Source: Candidatus Spongiisociaceae bacterium (lineage in GTDB: Bacteria; Actinomycetota; Acidimicrobiia; Spongiisociales; Spongiisociaceae). From it: 64,000 nt of DNA. The translations under genes and the position numbers were made by a program. The notes beneath the pieces are model-generated. The model worked only from the letters and a program-made list of their open reading frames with translations, was not told where the DNA came from and did no database searches. The stretch spans positions 1,856,001-1,920,000 of the forward strand of contig OZ253564.1 in NCBI GenBank assembly GCA_965262915.1, given 5' to 3'. Positions 19,429 through 28,326 of this stretch are shown here, piece after piece (position 1 is the stretch's first letter; the number at the start of each line of letters is the position of its first letter).

Positions 19429-19450
19429 CATTTACGCGCCTGGGGTGTCT
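19425..19450 (+). promoter_or_regulatory. -35 half of the IS110 circle-junction promoter
   Basis: TTGACA 19425-30 + 17 nt + TCT|AAT formed on joining the right end to the left end. Confidence 0.7.
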
Positions 19451-19461
19451 AGCACCTGTGG

Positions 19462-19486
19462 TCGGGTGTCAGGTGTCAGGTGTTAG
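19462..19486. repeat. Short heptamer repeat cluster (GGTGTCA-type)
   Basis: tcgggtgtcaggtgtcaggtgttag. Confidence 0.75.
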
Positions 19487-19713
19487 GGGGGCTGGCGGGG
19501 CGGCAAGGTCCTCGGTCTCTTTAGCCTCTGGCGGTGGCGGGAGACAGGTGCAGGGTGTCTTGAGCCATAGCGGTGACCCGATCAGCCCGTAGTGGCCTCA
19601 GTTCCATCATCCTGGCGCCTAGCAACGGACAACCGCCACCAGCCACGCCTCTTCTCATGGCTACTGACCTGCTCGGAGGGCCCATGGCATTCCGAATGCT
19701 GTCCGGTCGCCCC

Positions 19714-19743
19714 CTAACACCTAGCACCTAACACCCAACACCT
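19714..19743. repeat. Short heptamer repeat cluster in inverted orientation
   Basis: ctaacac ctagcac ctaacac ccaacac ct, the reverse complement of GTGYYRG-type units. Confidence 0.75.
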
Positions 19744-19751
19744 GGCCGGGG

Positions 19752-22460
19752 TTATCCGGTGTTGCGCATGCCTGCCGCGATGCCGTTGATGGTCATCAGC
19801 AGGCCGCGCTGGTACTTGTGGGGGTCACCTGAACGGGAACGCTGTAACAACTCGACCTGCAGCACGTTCAACGGGTCGAGATAGGCGTCTCTTACCGCAA
19901 GCGTGCGGCGCAGGAGCGGGCGATCCGCCAGCAGGTCGGTCCGGGTGACCCGCCGGATAGCGGCGATGGTACGGGCGTACTCCGCGGTGATCATGTCGAA
20001 CAGACTGCGGTGTTCGGCAGGTACCAGGTTGTCCACGTAGTGGCGGGCGATGGACAGGTCGGTCTTGGCCAGGGTCATCTCGACGTTGGAGACGAAGGTC
20101 CGGAAGAAGGGCCATTCTCGGTACATCCGAGCCAGTTCCTCACCGTCCCCGGCCGCGAATGCCGCCTCGAATCCGCTGCCCACCCCGTACCAACCCGGAA
20201 CGATCTGGCGTGACTGCGTCCAACCGAACACCCAGGGGATAGCCCTCAGATTGCTCACGCCGATCTTCTCCCTGTTTCTCCTGGCGGGGCGGGAGCCGAT
20301 GTTGAGGAGGCTCAACTCCTCAACCGGGGTCGATGTCGTGAAGTACTCGACCAGGCCGGGCTTCTCGATGAGCTGACGGTAGGTCCTGAAGGAGGCGGCG
20401 GATACGAGGTCCATTACGCGGTACCACCGTTGAACGTCCTCGATGGCGTGGTCCGGGGTGCGGCGGGCCAGAGATGCCTCGACCAGTGCCGACAGGCCCA
20501 GTTCGAGGTTCTGGGAGGCCAGACCCGCCAGCCCGTACTTGTCGGCGATCACCTCACCCTGCTCGGTGAGCTTGATGACGCCATCGAGGGCCCCGTAGGG
20601 CTGGCTCAGAATGGCGGCGTGGGTGGGTCCCCCACCCCGTCCTATGGATCCTCCCCGTCCGTGGAACACCTCGATGCGAATCCCGGTCCGGCGGGAAAGG
20701 TCGCGGATGGTCAGCAGCGCCTTGTGGATCTCCCACTGGGAAGTGGTGATCCCCCCGTCCTTGTTCGAGTCGGAGTACCCGACCATCACTTCCTGGGCGT
20801 TGCCCCGTAGTCCCAGGAGCCGGCGGTAAGCGCGCACCTCGAACAACTCCCGGAGGATGGGACCGATGGAAGTCAGATCGTCGATCGTCTCGAACAGGGG
20901 GACGAAGCCGAGTCGGGCCACATCCCGGGCCGGATCCACCAGACCGACCTCGCGGGCCAGCAGCACCGGTGCCAGGATGTCGTCCAGCCCACGGGTCATG
21001 GAGATGATGTACGACTCGACGACTTGGTCCCCGTGCGCATCCAGGAGTTGGCGAAGCAGCCGGAACAACTCCAGCGTGTCGTCACCGGGATCGTTGCCCG
21101 GCGGTGCGACCGGACGGGAACCCGACAACTCGTCGACGAGGAACCGCGTTCGCTCGTTGCGGTCGAGGTCGCCGTACTCGATGTCAAGGCAGGCCGTAAG
21201 GGCGGCGATTGCTCGATGGTGGTGGTCGGTGTGCTGGCGGATGTCGAGTGCTGCTAGGTGGAACCCTATCGTCGCTGCCAGACCCCTGGTCCGGGCGAGC
21301 CGGCCTGTGGCCATTAGCAAGCCTCGGTTCTCGCGCAGGGAAGCATCGATGAGAGCCAGGTCAGCGAGTAGTTCCGTCGGGTTGGAGTAGGCGTGGGGAC
21401 CACCGTCGCGCGTGTCCATCAGCCGCGAGCGGATGATCGTCAAGGCCTGACGGTATGGCTCGAGCTCCCTGGCCTCGGACAGCGAATCGCGGTGGGTGTC
21501 CCGGTGCCGGGCGATGAAGTCCACGAGCGCGGCCGACGCGTCAGTCACGGTGGCACTGATGCTCAACTCGGCCGCCAGCTCGGTTATCTCGGCGGTCAGG
21601 ATGTCCAGAGCGGTCCTGCGCTGCTGGTCGAGCACAGTCCGGGTCGTCGCGGGCGTGACGTTCGGGTTTCCGTCCCGGTCGCCTCCCACCCACGAACCGA
21701 ACCGGATCGGGCTATGGTTCCCGTCGAGTTCGCCCCCGATCAGCCGAACCGCTGCTGCGATGTTGTCCAGCAACCCGGGTATAGCCTCGCGGATGGTCTG
21801 TTCGAGGTAGTGGCGGACAAATCGGGCTTCGTCGATCGGGTCCGGTCGCTCGTCGCGTATCTCGTCGGTCTGCCAAATGACCTCTATCAACTCGGCGACC
21901 CGCCTGTCGATCTGTGCCTGGTCGGATGCGGACACCCGGGGGTTGCTCCGGGACGCCGTGGCTTGAGCGATCGCGGTCAGTTTCTCGAGGATGGTAGGTC
22001 GTGTCGCCTCGGTCGGGTGGGCGGTGAAAACCGGCTTCAGGATCGCCCGGTTGACCAGGGCGGCCACTTCGCCTGGTGATATACCCCCTTCTACGAGGGC
22101 GATAAGGCAGTCCTCGAATCCCTGTTCTGGAGTATGCCCCTCGACGTTGAGGTCCTCGACACGATGCACCTGCTCGATGATGTTGGCCAGATGGAAGTAG
22201 ACGGTGAAGGCCCGCACCATCTGCACGGCGAATTCGAGGTCCATGTTCCGGAGAAGCGCGGCCAGTTCATGGGACACCTCCGCCTGTTCGAGCCGTAACC
22301 GGCGCGAGAGGGTCCGCACCCGTTCCACCGAATCGAGCAGCCCACGGCCATGCTGGTGGACCAGCGTGGTGCCCAACTGCCGAGCGAGTCGCCGGATGTC
22401 GGCGCGCAGACCGGCGTCGATTGCATCCAAGGGGTAGATGTGGGCGACAACCTCCGGCAT
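19752..22460 (-). CDS. ppc: Phosphoenolpyruvate carboxylase
   Basis: VFTAHPTE, SWVGGDRDGNP, VPLFET, QEVMVGYSDSNKDGG, FHGRGGSIGRGGGP, LRAIPWVFGWTQSR, GIAAGMRNTG. Confidence 0.97.
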   Translation of the reverse strand: MPEVVAHIYPLDAIDAGLRADIRRLARQLGTTLVHQHGRGLLDSVERVRTLSRRLRLEQAEVSHELAALLRNMDLEFAVQMVRAFTVYFHLANIIEQVHRVEDLNVEGHTPEQGFEDCLIALVEGGISPGEVAALVNRAILKPVFTAHPTEATRPTILEKLTAIAQATASRSNPRVSASDQAQIDRRVAELIEVIWQTDEIRDERPDPIDEARFVRHYLEQTIREAIPGLLDNIAAAVRLIGGELDGNHSPIRFGSWVGGDRDGNPNVTPATTRTVLDQQRRTALDILTAEITELAAELSISATVTDASAALVDFIARHRDTHRDSLSEARELEPYRQALTIIRSRLMDTRDGGPHAYSNPTELLADLALIDASLRENRGLLMATGRLARTRGLAATIGFHLAALDIRQHTDHHHRAIAALTACLDIEYGDLDRNERTRFLVDELSGSRPVAPPGNDPGDDTLELFRLLRQLLDAHGDQVVESYIISMTRGLDDILAPVLLAREVGLVDPARDVARLGFVPLFETIDDLTSIGPILRELFEVRAYRRLLGLRGNAQEVMVGYSDSNKDGGITTSQWEIHKALLTIRDLSRRTGIRIEVFHGRGGSIGRGGGPTHAAILSQPYGALDGVIKLTEQGEVIADKYGLAGLASQNLELGLSALVEASLARRTPDHAIEDVQRWYRVMDLVSAASFRTYRQLIEKPGLVEYFTTSTPVEELSLLNIGSRPARRNREKIGVSNLRAIPWVFGWTQSRQIVPGWYGVGSGFEAAFAAGDGEELARMYREWPFFRTFVSNVEMTLAKTDLSIARHYVDNLVPAEHRSLFDMITAEYARTIAAIRRVTRTDLLADRPLLRRTLAVRDAYLDPLNVLQVELLQRSRSGDPHKYQRGLLMTINGIAAGMRNTG

Positions 22461-22467
22461 GGTCTCG

Positions 22468-22577
22468 GAGGGTACTGAAAAAGTCCCGTACAAAGGATTC
22501 GCTTGCTAGCCCACAACTCTCAGATCAAGTGGTTTGCCGACCAGCGAACCCCGCAAGATCCGTTTTTAAGTACCCTC
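22468..22577. mobile_element. MITE family B copy 1 (110 bp)
   Basis: TIRs GAGGGTACTGAAAAA / TTTTTAAGTACCCTC; flanking 4-bp direct repeat CTCG; homologous to 47532-47641. Confidence 0.85.
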
Positions 22578-22748
22578 CTCGGACCTTCTCGATTCCTCGG
22601 CCCATGTAGTAGGGGCCAAGTGGGCGATAAGTTTCCACTCCCGGTCGATGATTCCGGCCCGCGGTCGGCCTTCCACTCAATATATTCCGACCTATACAGG
22701 CATACGGTCAAACCGAGATCGAGTAGCGGCAAGGGATCGGGAGGGTAA

Positions 22749-23111
22749 ATGCGGGCATGCCGGACGCTGAGCGATCTCGTGGCGGAGATCGAGGATGGCG
22801 GGGGTCGGGGATCCCGGCACGTTGCCACACGAACGGGCCGAACCACCCCCACGCCGAAAGACAGGGAGGCGTACTCGCTGGGACGGTTGCGCCTGTCGCG
22901 CAACGTCACCCAAACCGAGCTGGGTCGCCGTCTCGGCCGCGCCCAGTCGGCGGTGTCGATCATGGAGAGCAGCGAGGACCATCTGATGTCTACGGTCAGG
23001 TCGGTCGTTGAGAGCCTCGGTGGAAGTATCGAGGTCGCGGCGGTCTTCGGCGATGAGCGGATTCCGATTGCGGTGCCTGTCCGGTCCGGTCGCCCCCCGG
23101 GATCCGGATGA
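22749..23111 (+). CDS. XRE-family HTH protein (HigA-like antitoxin)
   Basis: LGRLRLSRNVTQTELGRRLGRAQSAVSIME...STVRSVVESLGGSIEVAAVFGD; GGGAGG RBS. Confidence 0.75.
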   Translation: MRACRTLSDLVAEIEDGGGRGSRHVATRTGRTTPTPKDREAYSLGRLRLSRNVTQTELGRRLGRAQSAVSIMESSEDHLMSTVRSVVESLGGSIEVAAVFGDERIPIAVPVRSGRPPGSG

Positions 23112-23130
23112 CCCTCGCCCCTTGGAAGGG

Positions 23131-23159
23131 CCGGAGGGCGCCTGACAGGCGCCCTCCGG
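23131..23159. terminator. GC-rich hairpin between convergent genes
   Basis: CCGGAGGGCGCCT-GAC-AGGCGCCCTCCGG, 13-bp perfect stem. Confidence 0.7.
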
Positions 23160-23185
23160 GTAGTTCTTCGGTTGACAGGTTGGAT

Positions 23186-24607
23186 CTAGGCGGCGGCCAT
23201 CGCCTCCGCGATCCACGCGTCCACTTGTGCCTGGTTGTCGGCGATCCACTGCGTGACGAGCGCACCGACATCTTCGCCGGCATCCTGCCTTACGATCTGG
23301 AGCGACACGTCCACGACGTTGAGCTTCACGACCTCGAGCAGCTTGGCGGCTGCCGGGTGATTGGCCAGCATGTCGTGGCGGGCCGAGGCGAGGACATCGG
23401 CTGCCACCCAACCGATGTCGCAGACGCCGTCGTCGGCTGCACTGGGGCAGGAGTCGGCACCGATCGCAGGGGAGATGCCGGGCCGCTGGTCCCACTCTTC
23501 GCCGCCTTCACGGCCGAGAGGGTTGGAGTCGTCGAGCGGGATCTCTACACCGACCCACACGACGTTGTCGCCAGGACGGAGGTCGGTGATGTAGGAACTC
23601 GGGGTCCATGTGTAGGCGACCATCGGTTCGCCGGCGTCTGCCTTGGCAGTAGCCTCGGCGAACATAGCGTCGTAACCTGCGAGTACCTGGTCGATGTTCT
23701 CCCATCCCGAGAACGCGATCTGGCTCTGGATGATGTCGTCACATGTCCAACTCTCCGGACACCCGTAGATGTCGGCAATGCCGTTGCCCGGGTTGGGGTC
23801 TTGGGCGTCGTAGGCGGCGAGAGCGTCAGGGTTGTTGTTGAGATCGTCGAGCGTACTGATGCCGTATTCGGCTGCGAAGGACTTGGTCATCAAGTATCCC
23901 TGCAGGCCGCCGGCGAGCATCATCTCGCCCACCCGGCGTACGTGCTCGCCGACCAGGGAGCCATCAGCCAATTCAGCCGCTAGCCAGCTGTTGTGGCCCG
24001 GGTACCAGCTGTTGACCCAGAAGTCGGCCTCGCCCTGGGCCATTGCCAGGTAGGCCAGGTTGGGACCCAACTCGAGATCGGACGGATCGCTCACCTCGTA
24101 CCCCAGCATCTGCATGAGCTGCCGGACGAGTTCGGCCTGGAAGTAGCCGGTCGACCAGTTGGCGCGGGCCATCGTCAAGCTGACGCCCTCGCCGGGAAGC
24201 ATCATGGCTGCCGCTTCCATCTTGGCCGCTTCCTCGGCTGCCATGGCCTCGGCTTCTGCCGCTGCTGCGGCGGCCTCGTCCATCATGGCTTGGGCCTCGT
24301 CCATCATGGCCTGGGCCTCGGCTTGCGCCTCGTCCATCATGGCCTGGTCCTCGTCGGACATGGCCTCGGCCTCGTCGGACATGGCCTCGGCTTCTGCCGC
24401 TGCGGCGGTGGCCTCGTCCATCATGGCTTGGGCCTCGTCGATCATGGCTTGGGCCTCTTCCATCGCGGAGTTGTCCACCATGGCTTGCGTTGTGGGGGGT
24501 GCCGTCGTGGCCGGCGGCTGGGTGGTTTGCGGCTCATCGTCTCCGCATGCAGCAGCCACCAGAGTGAGGACTGCCAGCACCGCGATGATCCTGGTACTGA
24601 GTTTCAT
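23186..24607 (-). CDS. proX: Glycine betaine/carnitine/proline ABC transporter substrate-binding lipoprotein (ProX-like) with Ala/Glu/Met repeat stalk
   Basis: Lipobox VAAAC, ARANWSTGYFQA, FWVNSWYPGH, YGCPESWTC, YTWTP; start MKLSTR behind AAGGAG. Confidence 0.87.
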   Translation of the reverse strand: MKLSTRIIAVLAVLTLVAAACGDDEPQTTQPPATTAPPTTQAMVDNSAMEEAQAMIDEAQAMMDEATAAAAEAEAMSDEAEAMSDEDQAMMDEAQAEAQAMMDEAQAMMDEAAAAAAEAEAMAAEEAAKMEAAAMMLPGEGVSLTMARANWSTGYFQAELVRQLMQMLGYEVSDPSDLELGPNLAYLAMAQGEADFWVNSWYPGHNSWLAAELADGSLVGEHVRRVGEMMLAGGLQGYLMTKSFAAEYGISTLDDLNNNPDALAAYDAQDPNPGNGIADIYGCPESWTCDDIIQSQIAFSGWENIDQVLAGYDAMFAEATAKADAGEPMVAYTWTPSSYITDLRPGDNVVWVGVEIPLDDSNPLGREGGEEWDQRPGISPAIGADSCPSAADDGVCDIGWVAADVLASARHDMLANHPAAAKLLEVVKLNVVDVSLQIVRQDAGEDVGALVTQWIADNQAQVDAWIAEAMAAA

Positions 24608-24686
24608 AGTACTCCTTATCTTCTCTAATTGTGCACAGAGGGCTACATGAGAGCCCGAGCGCTTGACCTTTGGGGGAATGGGATGC

Positions 24687-26855
24687 TCACATAAGCACCT
24701 CGACCATTGCCTCGGTAGTGGCATCTGCCGTGGCAACCTCACCGAGCGGATCGCCGTACACCTTGGATCGCCGGAATTCCTTGAGTACGGCCATAGTGGA
24801 AGCCAGAATGAACAGTCCACTGACCATGGTGAGGAAGACTCCGATTCCGGTCAGGAACTGCATGTCGCCGGAGCGAACATGCGTGAATATCCATGCGAAG
24901 GCGATGCATGTCACACCGCTTCCCAACCCGGCGGTCGCTGTGCTCCATCGCCACCTCCACTGCTCGTCGCCGCCGAATACTCCCGCGGCGGGAAGGCCGG
25001 TCAACATGGCCAACAGGCCAGCAATCAGTGTCCAGAGGCCGAGCTGCGGGCCGGTGTTCGTAAGACCGTTGGTGAACGACGGTTGCCTGGATTGGGCCTC
25101 CAAGACAAGGAGATCGGCCGCGTATACGGCTTGATTCTCCGGATCCTCATCGGCCCTGCGCTTGAGTTCCTCGATCTCCATGGTCCGCGCTTCGGCTCCT
25201 GCCAGCACCTCGGGTGTAAGAGCTCGATCTGGACGGCTGTCAGCACTCCAAGCAGAGAATACGCCGAGAAGGAGAGTGAGGATTGCGATCCCCAGGCCAA
25301 TGATCCTCCCCCAGTGTATTCCCAACGGAAGCGGGTGGAGTGGCGAGTGCTTTGCGGCCCTCATCCACAGAATCGCTCCGATCGAGGCGATTAGCCCTCC
25401 TGCAATCGCAAGGTACACACCGATGCCGTGGCCGGGATCCACGGCGCCAGTCGCGATTCCGGCGTCGGTCACCGACTGGGCCAGTAAATGAGCGGACGCG
25501 ATAACCAGTGTGGCGATTGCTGCAATGACTGCCCCGTCGGCTGCTAGCCATCGGGGCGCTCGGCCCGGTCGGGCGCCAAAGGCTATCACCGTAAGTATTA
25601 CGAACAGACCCAGCGCCAATAGCGTGATACCGAACCAGGATCCTCCGGAGGCCGACAGTCCGTTGAAGACCTGACCATCAAGTTCACCTTCGACAGAAGC
25701 GTCCACCCACCTTCCCCACGCGCTGATCTTGCCGGCATTCGATGTCCACGGGAGGAAAGTGCTCACCACTGTTGCCAGGCCCCCGATAAGCGCCAGTAAC
25801 ATCGGGAGACGTTCGCCGGTGGAGACCGGCGCGTACTCCTCGGCTTCCTGGTACTTGACGACGGCCGATGGTTCGGTATCGGGGAGCAGCATCTCAGGAT
25901 CCCGGCGATGTTTCCAAGCCAGTTGGACCCGTTTGAACAGGTTGATGGACTCGGTGCCCTCGCGCTGCGACATCCGGTCGAGCACGACTGCTACCAGAAA
26001 GAAGGCCAGGCCCCCCGCCGCGCCTTCGCCGACATCCTGGTTGTTTATCGCCCGTAACAACACGCGCCCGAGACCGAACGAACCCATGATCGCGGCGACG
26101 CCGAGCATCGAGATGGCCAGCAGGAGGGTCTGGTTGATGCCGGTCATGATGGCGGGCCGGGCGAGTGGGATTTGAACGTCGAAGAGGACGCGGGCCTCCG
26201 AGGCGCCGTAGGCGCGGGAAGCCTCGACGACATCGGAGGGTACCTGCCGGATTCCCAGGTTGGTCAGGCGGATCAATGGAGGGAGGGCGTACACCATCGT
26301 CACCATCGTGGCTGAGACCTCGCCGAGTCCGAAGAACCAGATGAAAGGCAACATGTAGACGAAGGAATGGACCACCTGCATAGCGTCGAGGATTGGTCGC
26401 GTGACCTGCCAGACGCTGTCTACCCGACCACAGGCGATACCGACCGGAACCCCGATCAATACGCAGAGGATGACCGCCACGCCGATGAGACCGATCGTGG
26501 CAGCGGTCTCTCTCCAGAATGCGTCGTCCAGCAATCCGCAGAGCGTTAAGGCCACAGCTACGAAGGCAGCAACCTTCAAATTACGGGTGAGCCAGGCTAC
26601 CAACGCCATCGCCAGTACGATCCAGACCCACGAGATCTCGATCAGGAAGTCGCGGACCAGATTGCGGACCATGATCTCGAATGGCCAGGCCAATATGTCG
26701 AGCAGAACCTCGAGATTGACCGCTATCCACCTGGTTGCCTGTTCCATCCAATCCCCGAAGGGGACCTTCCACTCGTCGAGGACGGCGTTCTCCCAGATCG
26801 GTATACGTTCCGACGCTTGAGCGAGGATTGCGATGACGGGAGTCGGTATGGTCAC
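24687..26855 (-). CDS. proW: ABC transporter permease (ProW-like) with long C-terminal membrane extension
   Basis: [37 protein letters not shown] (EAA motif), IMTGINQT. Confidence 0.88.
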   Translation of the reverse strand: MTIPTPVIAILAQASERIPIWENAVLDEWKVPFGDWMEQATRWIAVNLEVLLDILAWPFEIMVRNLVRDFLIEISWVWIVLAMALVAWLTRNLKVAAFVAVALTLCGLLDDAFWRETAATIGLIGVAVILCVLIGVPVGIACGRVDSVWQVTRPILDAMQVVHSFVYMLPFIWFFGLGEVSATMVTMVYALPPLIRLTNLGIRQVPSDVVEASRAYGASEARVLFDVQIPLARPAIMTGINQTLLLAISMLGVAAIMGSFGLGRVLLRAINNQDVGEGAAGGLAFFLVAVVLDRMSQREGTESINLFKRVQLAWKHRRDPEMLLPDTEPSAVVKYQEAEEYAPVSTGERLPMLLALIGGLATVVSTFLPWTSNAGKISAWGRWVDASVEGELDGQVFNGLSASGGSWFGITLLALGLFVILTVIAFGARPGRAPRWLAADGAVIAAIATLVIASAHLLAQSVTDAGIATGAVDPGHGIGVYLAIAGGLIASIGAILWMRAAKHSPLHPLPLGIHWGRIIGLGIAILTLLLGVFSAWSADSRPDRALTPEVLAGAEARTMEIEELKRRADEDPENQAVYAADLLVLEAQSRQPSFTNGLTNTGPQLGLWTLIAGLLAMLTGLPAAGVFGGDEQWRWRWSTATAGLGSGVTCIAFAWIFTHVRSGDMQFLTGIGVFLTMVSGLFILASTMAVLKEFRRSKVYGDPLGEVATADATTEAMVEVLM

Positions 26856-28075
26856 AGGTAGGTTTCTCGTTCGAACCCGTCGATGAGTTGTTCGACCCGT
26901 CCCATTTCTTCCATGATCAGGCGTGGATCCAGGTTGCCTACGAGGCGGCCGTCGTTGTCTACGACGGCGATCGGTAGCCCGCGTCCGGCGGCTGCGTAGA
27001 CGGTGTTGAGGGTGGTCTCCGGTGTGGTCGTTTCGAAATCGGTTCGGAGAGCGACGGACATGTTGACCGAGCCCATGCTTGCTACCCGGACGCAGTCCGC
27101 GATGGTCAGCAGCCCCGTGGGGCGCCCGCTGCCATCGCAGGCGAAGGCTCCGGCCCGGTCACCGATGTGGTCGAAGGCTTCGGCCAGCGACAGGTCGGGA
27201 TCGACCGGTTTTGGAGCCGACATGACCTCGGAGCATTCGATGACGCGTCCCTGGTCTACGTCCTGCACGAACTCGGCTACGTAGGCGGTGGCGGGTTCGG
27301 TGAGTATCTCGTCGGGGGTTCCGATCTGGACCACTGCCCCGTCCCGCATGATGCATACGCGGTCGCCGATTCGCAGGGCCTCGTTGAGGTCGTGGGTGAT
27401 GAACAGGATCGTCTTGCGGAGTTCGTCCTGGATGTCCATCAACTCGTCCTGCATCTGGCGGCGGATGAGGGGGTCGAGGGCCGAAAACGCCTCGTCCATC
27501 AGCAGGATGTCGGGATCGGTGGCCAAGGCCCGAGCCAGTCCGACCCGTTGCTGCATCCCGCCTGACAGTTCGCGCGGGACGTTGCGCGCGTACGGTTCGA
27601 GACCCACCAACGACAGGGCCTTCATCGCGGCGGCGTCCCGGTCTTCCTTGCCGACTCCCTGGACCTTGAGCCCGTAGCCCACGTTGTCGATCACGTTGCG
27701 GTGGGGGAAGAGGGCGAAGTGCTGGAACACCATTCCCATCTTCTCGCGGCGGAAGGCTTGGAGTTGGGCGCCCTGCAACGACTGGACATCGGTTCCGTCG
27801 ACCCACGCTTGGCCGGCTGTAGCTTCGAAGAGCTTGTTCACCGTACGAAGAGCAGTGGACTTCCCAGAGCCGGAGAGGCCCATCACCACGAATATTTCGC
27901 CTTGGGACACAGAGAAGTTGACGTCCCTGATGCCTATCACATGGCCTGACTGCCGCTGGACCTCGTCCTTGCTCACACCCGCCCGAGCGAGGTCAAAAGC
28001 TCGGCCGTGCGGTTGGGGACCGAAGATCTTGTAGACGTTCTCAAGGCGTATCAGTTCGTTGCTGGCATCCGCCAC
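26852..28075 (-). CDS. proV: Glycine betaine/proline ABC transporter ATP-binding protein with CBS domains
   Basis: [48 protein letters not shown]; GTG start behind GGAGG. Confidence 0.93.
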   Translation of the reverse strand: MADASNELIRLENVYKIFGPQPHGRAFDLARAGVSKDEVQRQSGHVIGIRDVNFSVSQGEIFVVMGLSGSGKSTALRTVNKLFEATAGQAWVDGTDVQSLQGAQLQAFRREKMGMVFQHFALFPHRNVIDNVGYGLKVQGVGKEDRDAAAMKALSLVGLEPYARNVPRELSGGMQQRVGLARALATDPDILLMDEAFSALDPLIRRQMQDELMDIQDELRKTILFITHDLNEALRIGDRVCIMRDGAVVQIGTPDEILTEPATAYVAEFVQDVDQGRVIECSEVMSAPKPVDPDLSLAEAFDHIGDRAGAFACDGSGRPTGLLTIADCVRVASMGSVNMSVALRTDFETTTPETTLNTVYAAAGRGLPIAVVDNDGRLVGNLDPRLIMEEMGRVEQLIDGFERETYL

Positions 28076-28199
28076 TGCCGTTCCTCCCCATGGCTTGTCC
28101 TCTTTGAGCCGTGCCGCAGGAACCTGTGGGTTGCCCAAGCCTCTTCCGATGACCTTAGTAGGGGTTTATGAGGCTCCGCCGGGCCAACTACTACTCTCT

Positions 28200-28234
28200 G
28201 TTTCACGATACGGGACCGTTCCGCATCGTAGCAC
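28200..28234. promoter_or_regulatory. Tandem 17-bp operator pair upstream of the intact proVWX operon
   Basis: GTTTCA-CGATA-CGGGAC c GTTCCG-CATCG-TAGCAC. Confidence 0.65.
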
Positions 28235-28271
28235 AGAGCCGAGTGGCGTGACTGCTCGACCAGCTCCTATA

Positions 28272-28302
28272 AGGAGGGGTGCCCGTTTGGGGCACCCCTC
28301 CT
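28272..28302 (-). terminator. Hairpin after the second ABC operon
   Basis: AGGAGGGGTGCCC-GTTTG-GGGCACCCCTCCT. Confidence 0.7.
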
Positions 28303-28326
28303 CCGTTTCGGTAGCCTGTCGTCGGG

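Larger units (their letters stand above)
17956..19450 (+). mobile_element. IS110-family insertion sequence, full length, bounded by CT core dinucleotides
   Basis: Left junction gactgacac|CT|aatggggg (CT 17956-57); right junction tggggtgt|CT|agcacct (CT 19449-50); no terminal inverted repeats; IS110 recombinase inside. Confidence 0.9.
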
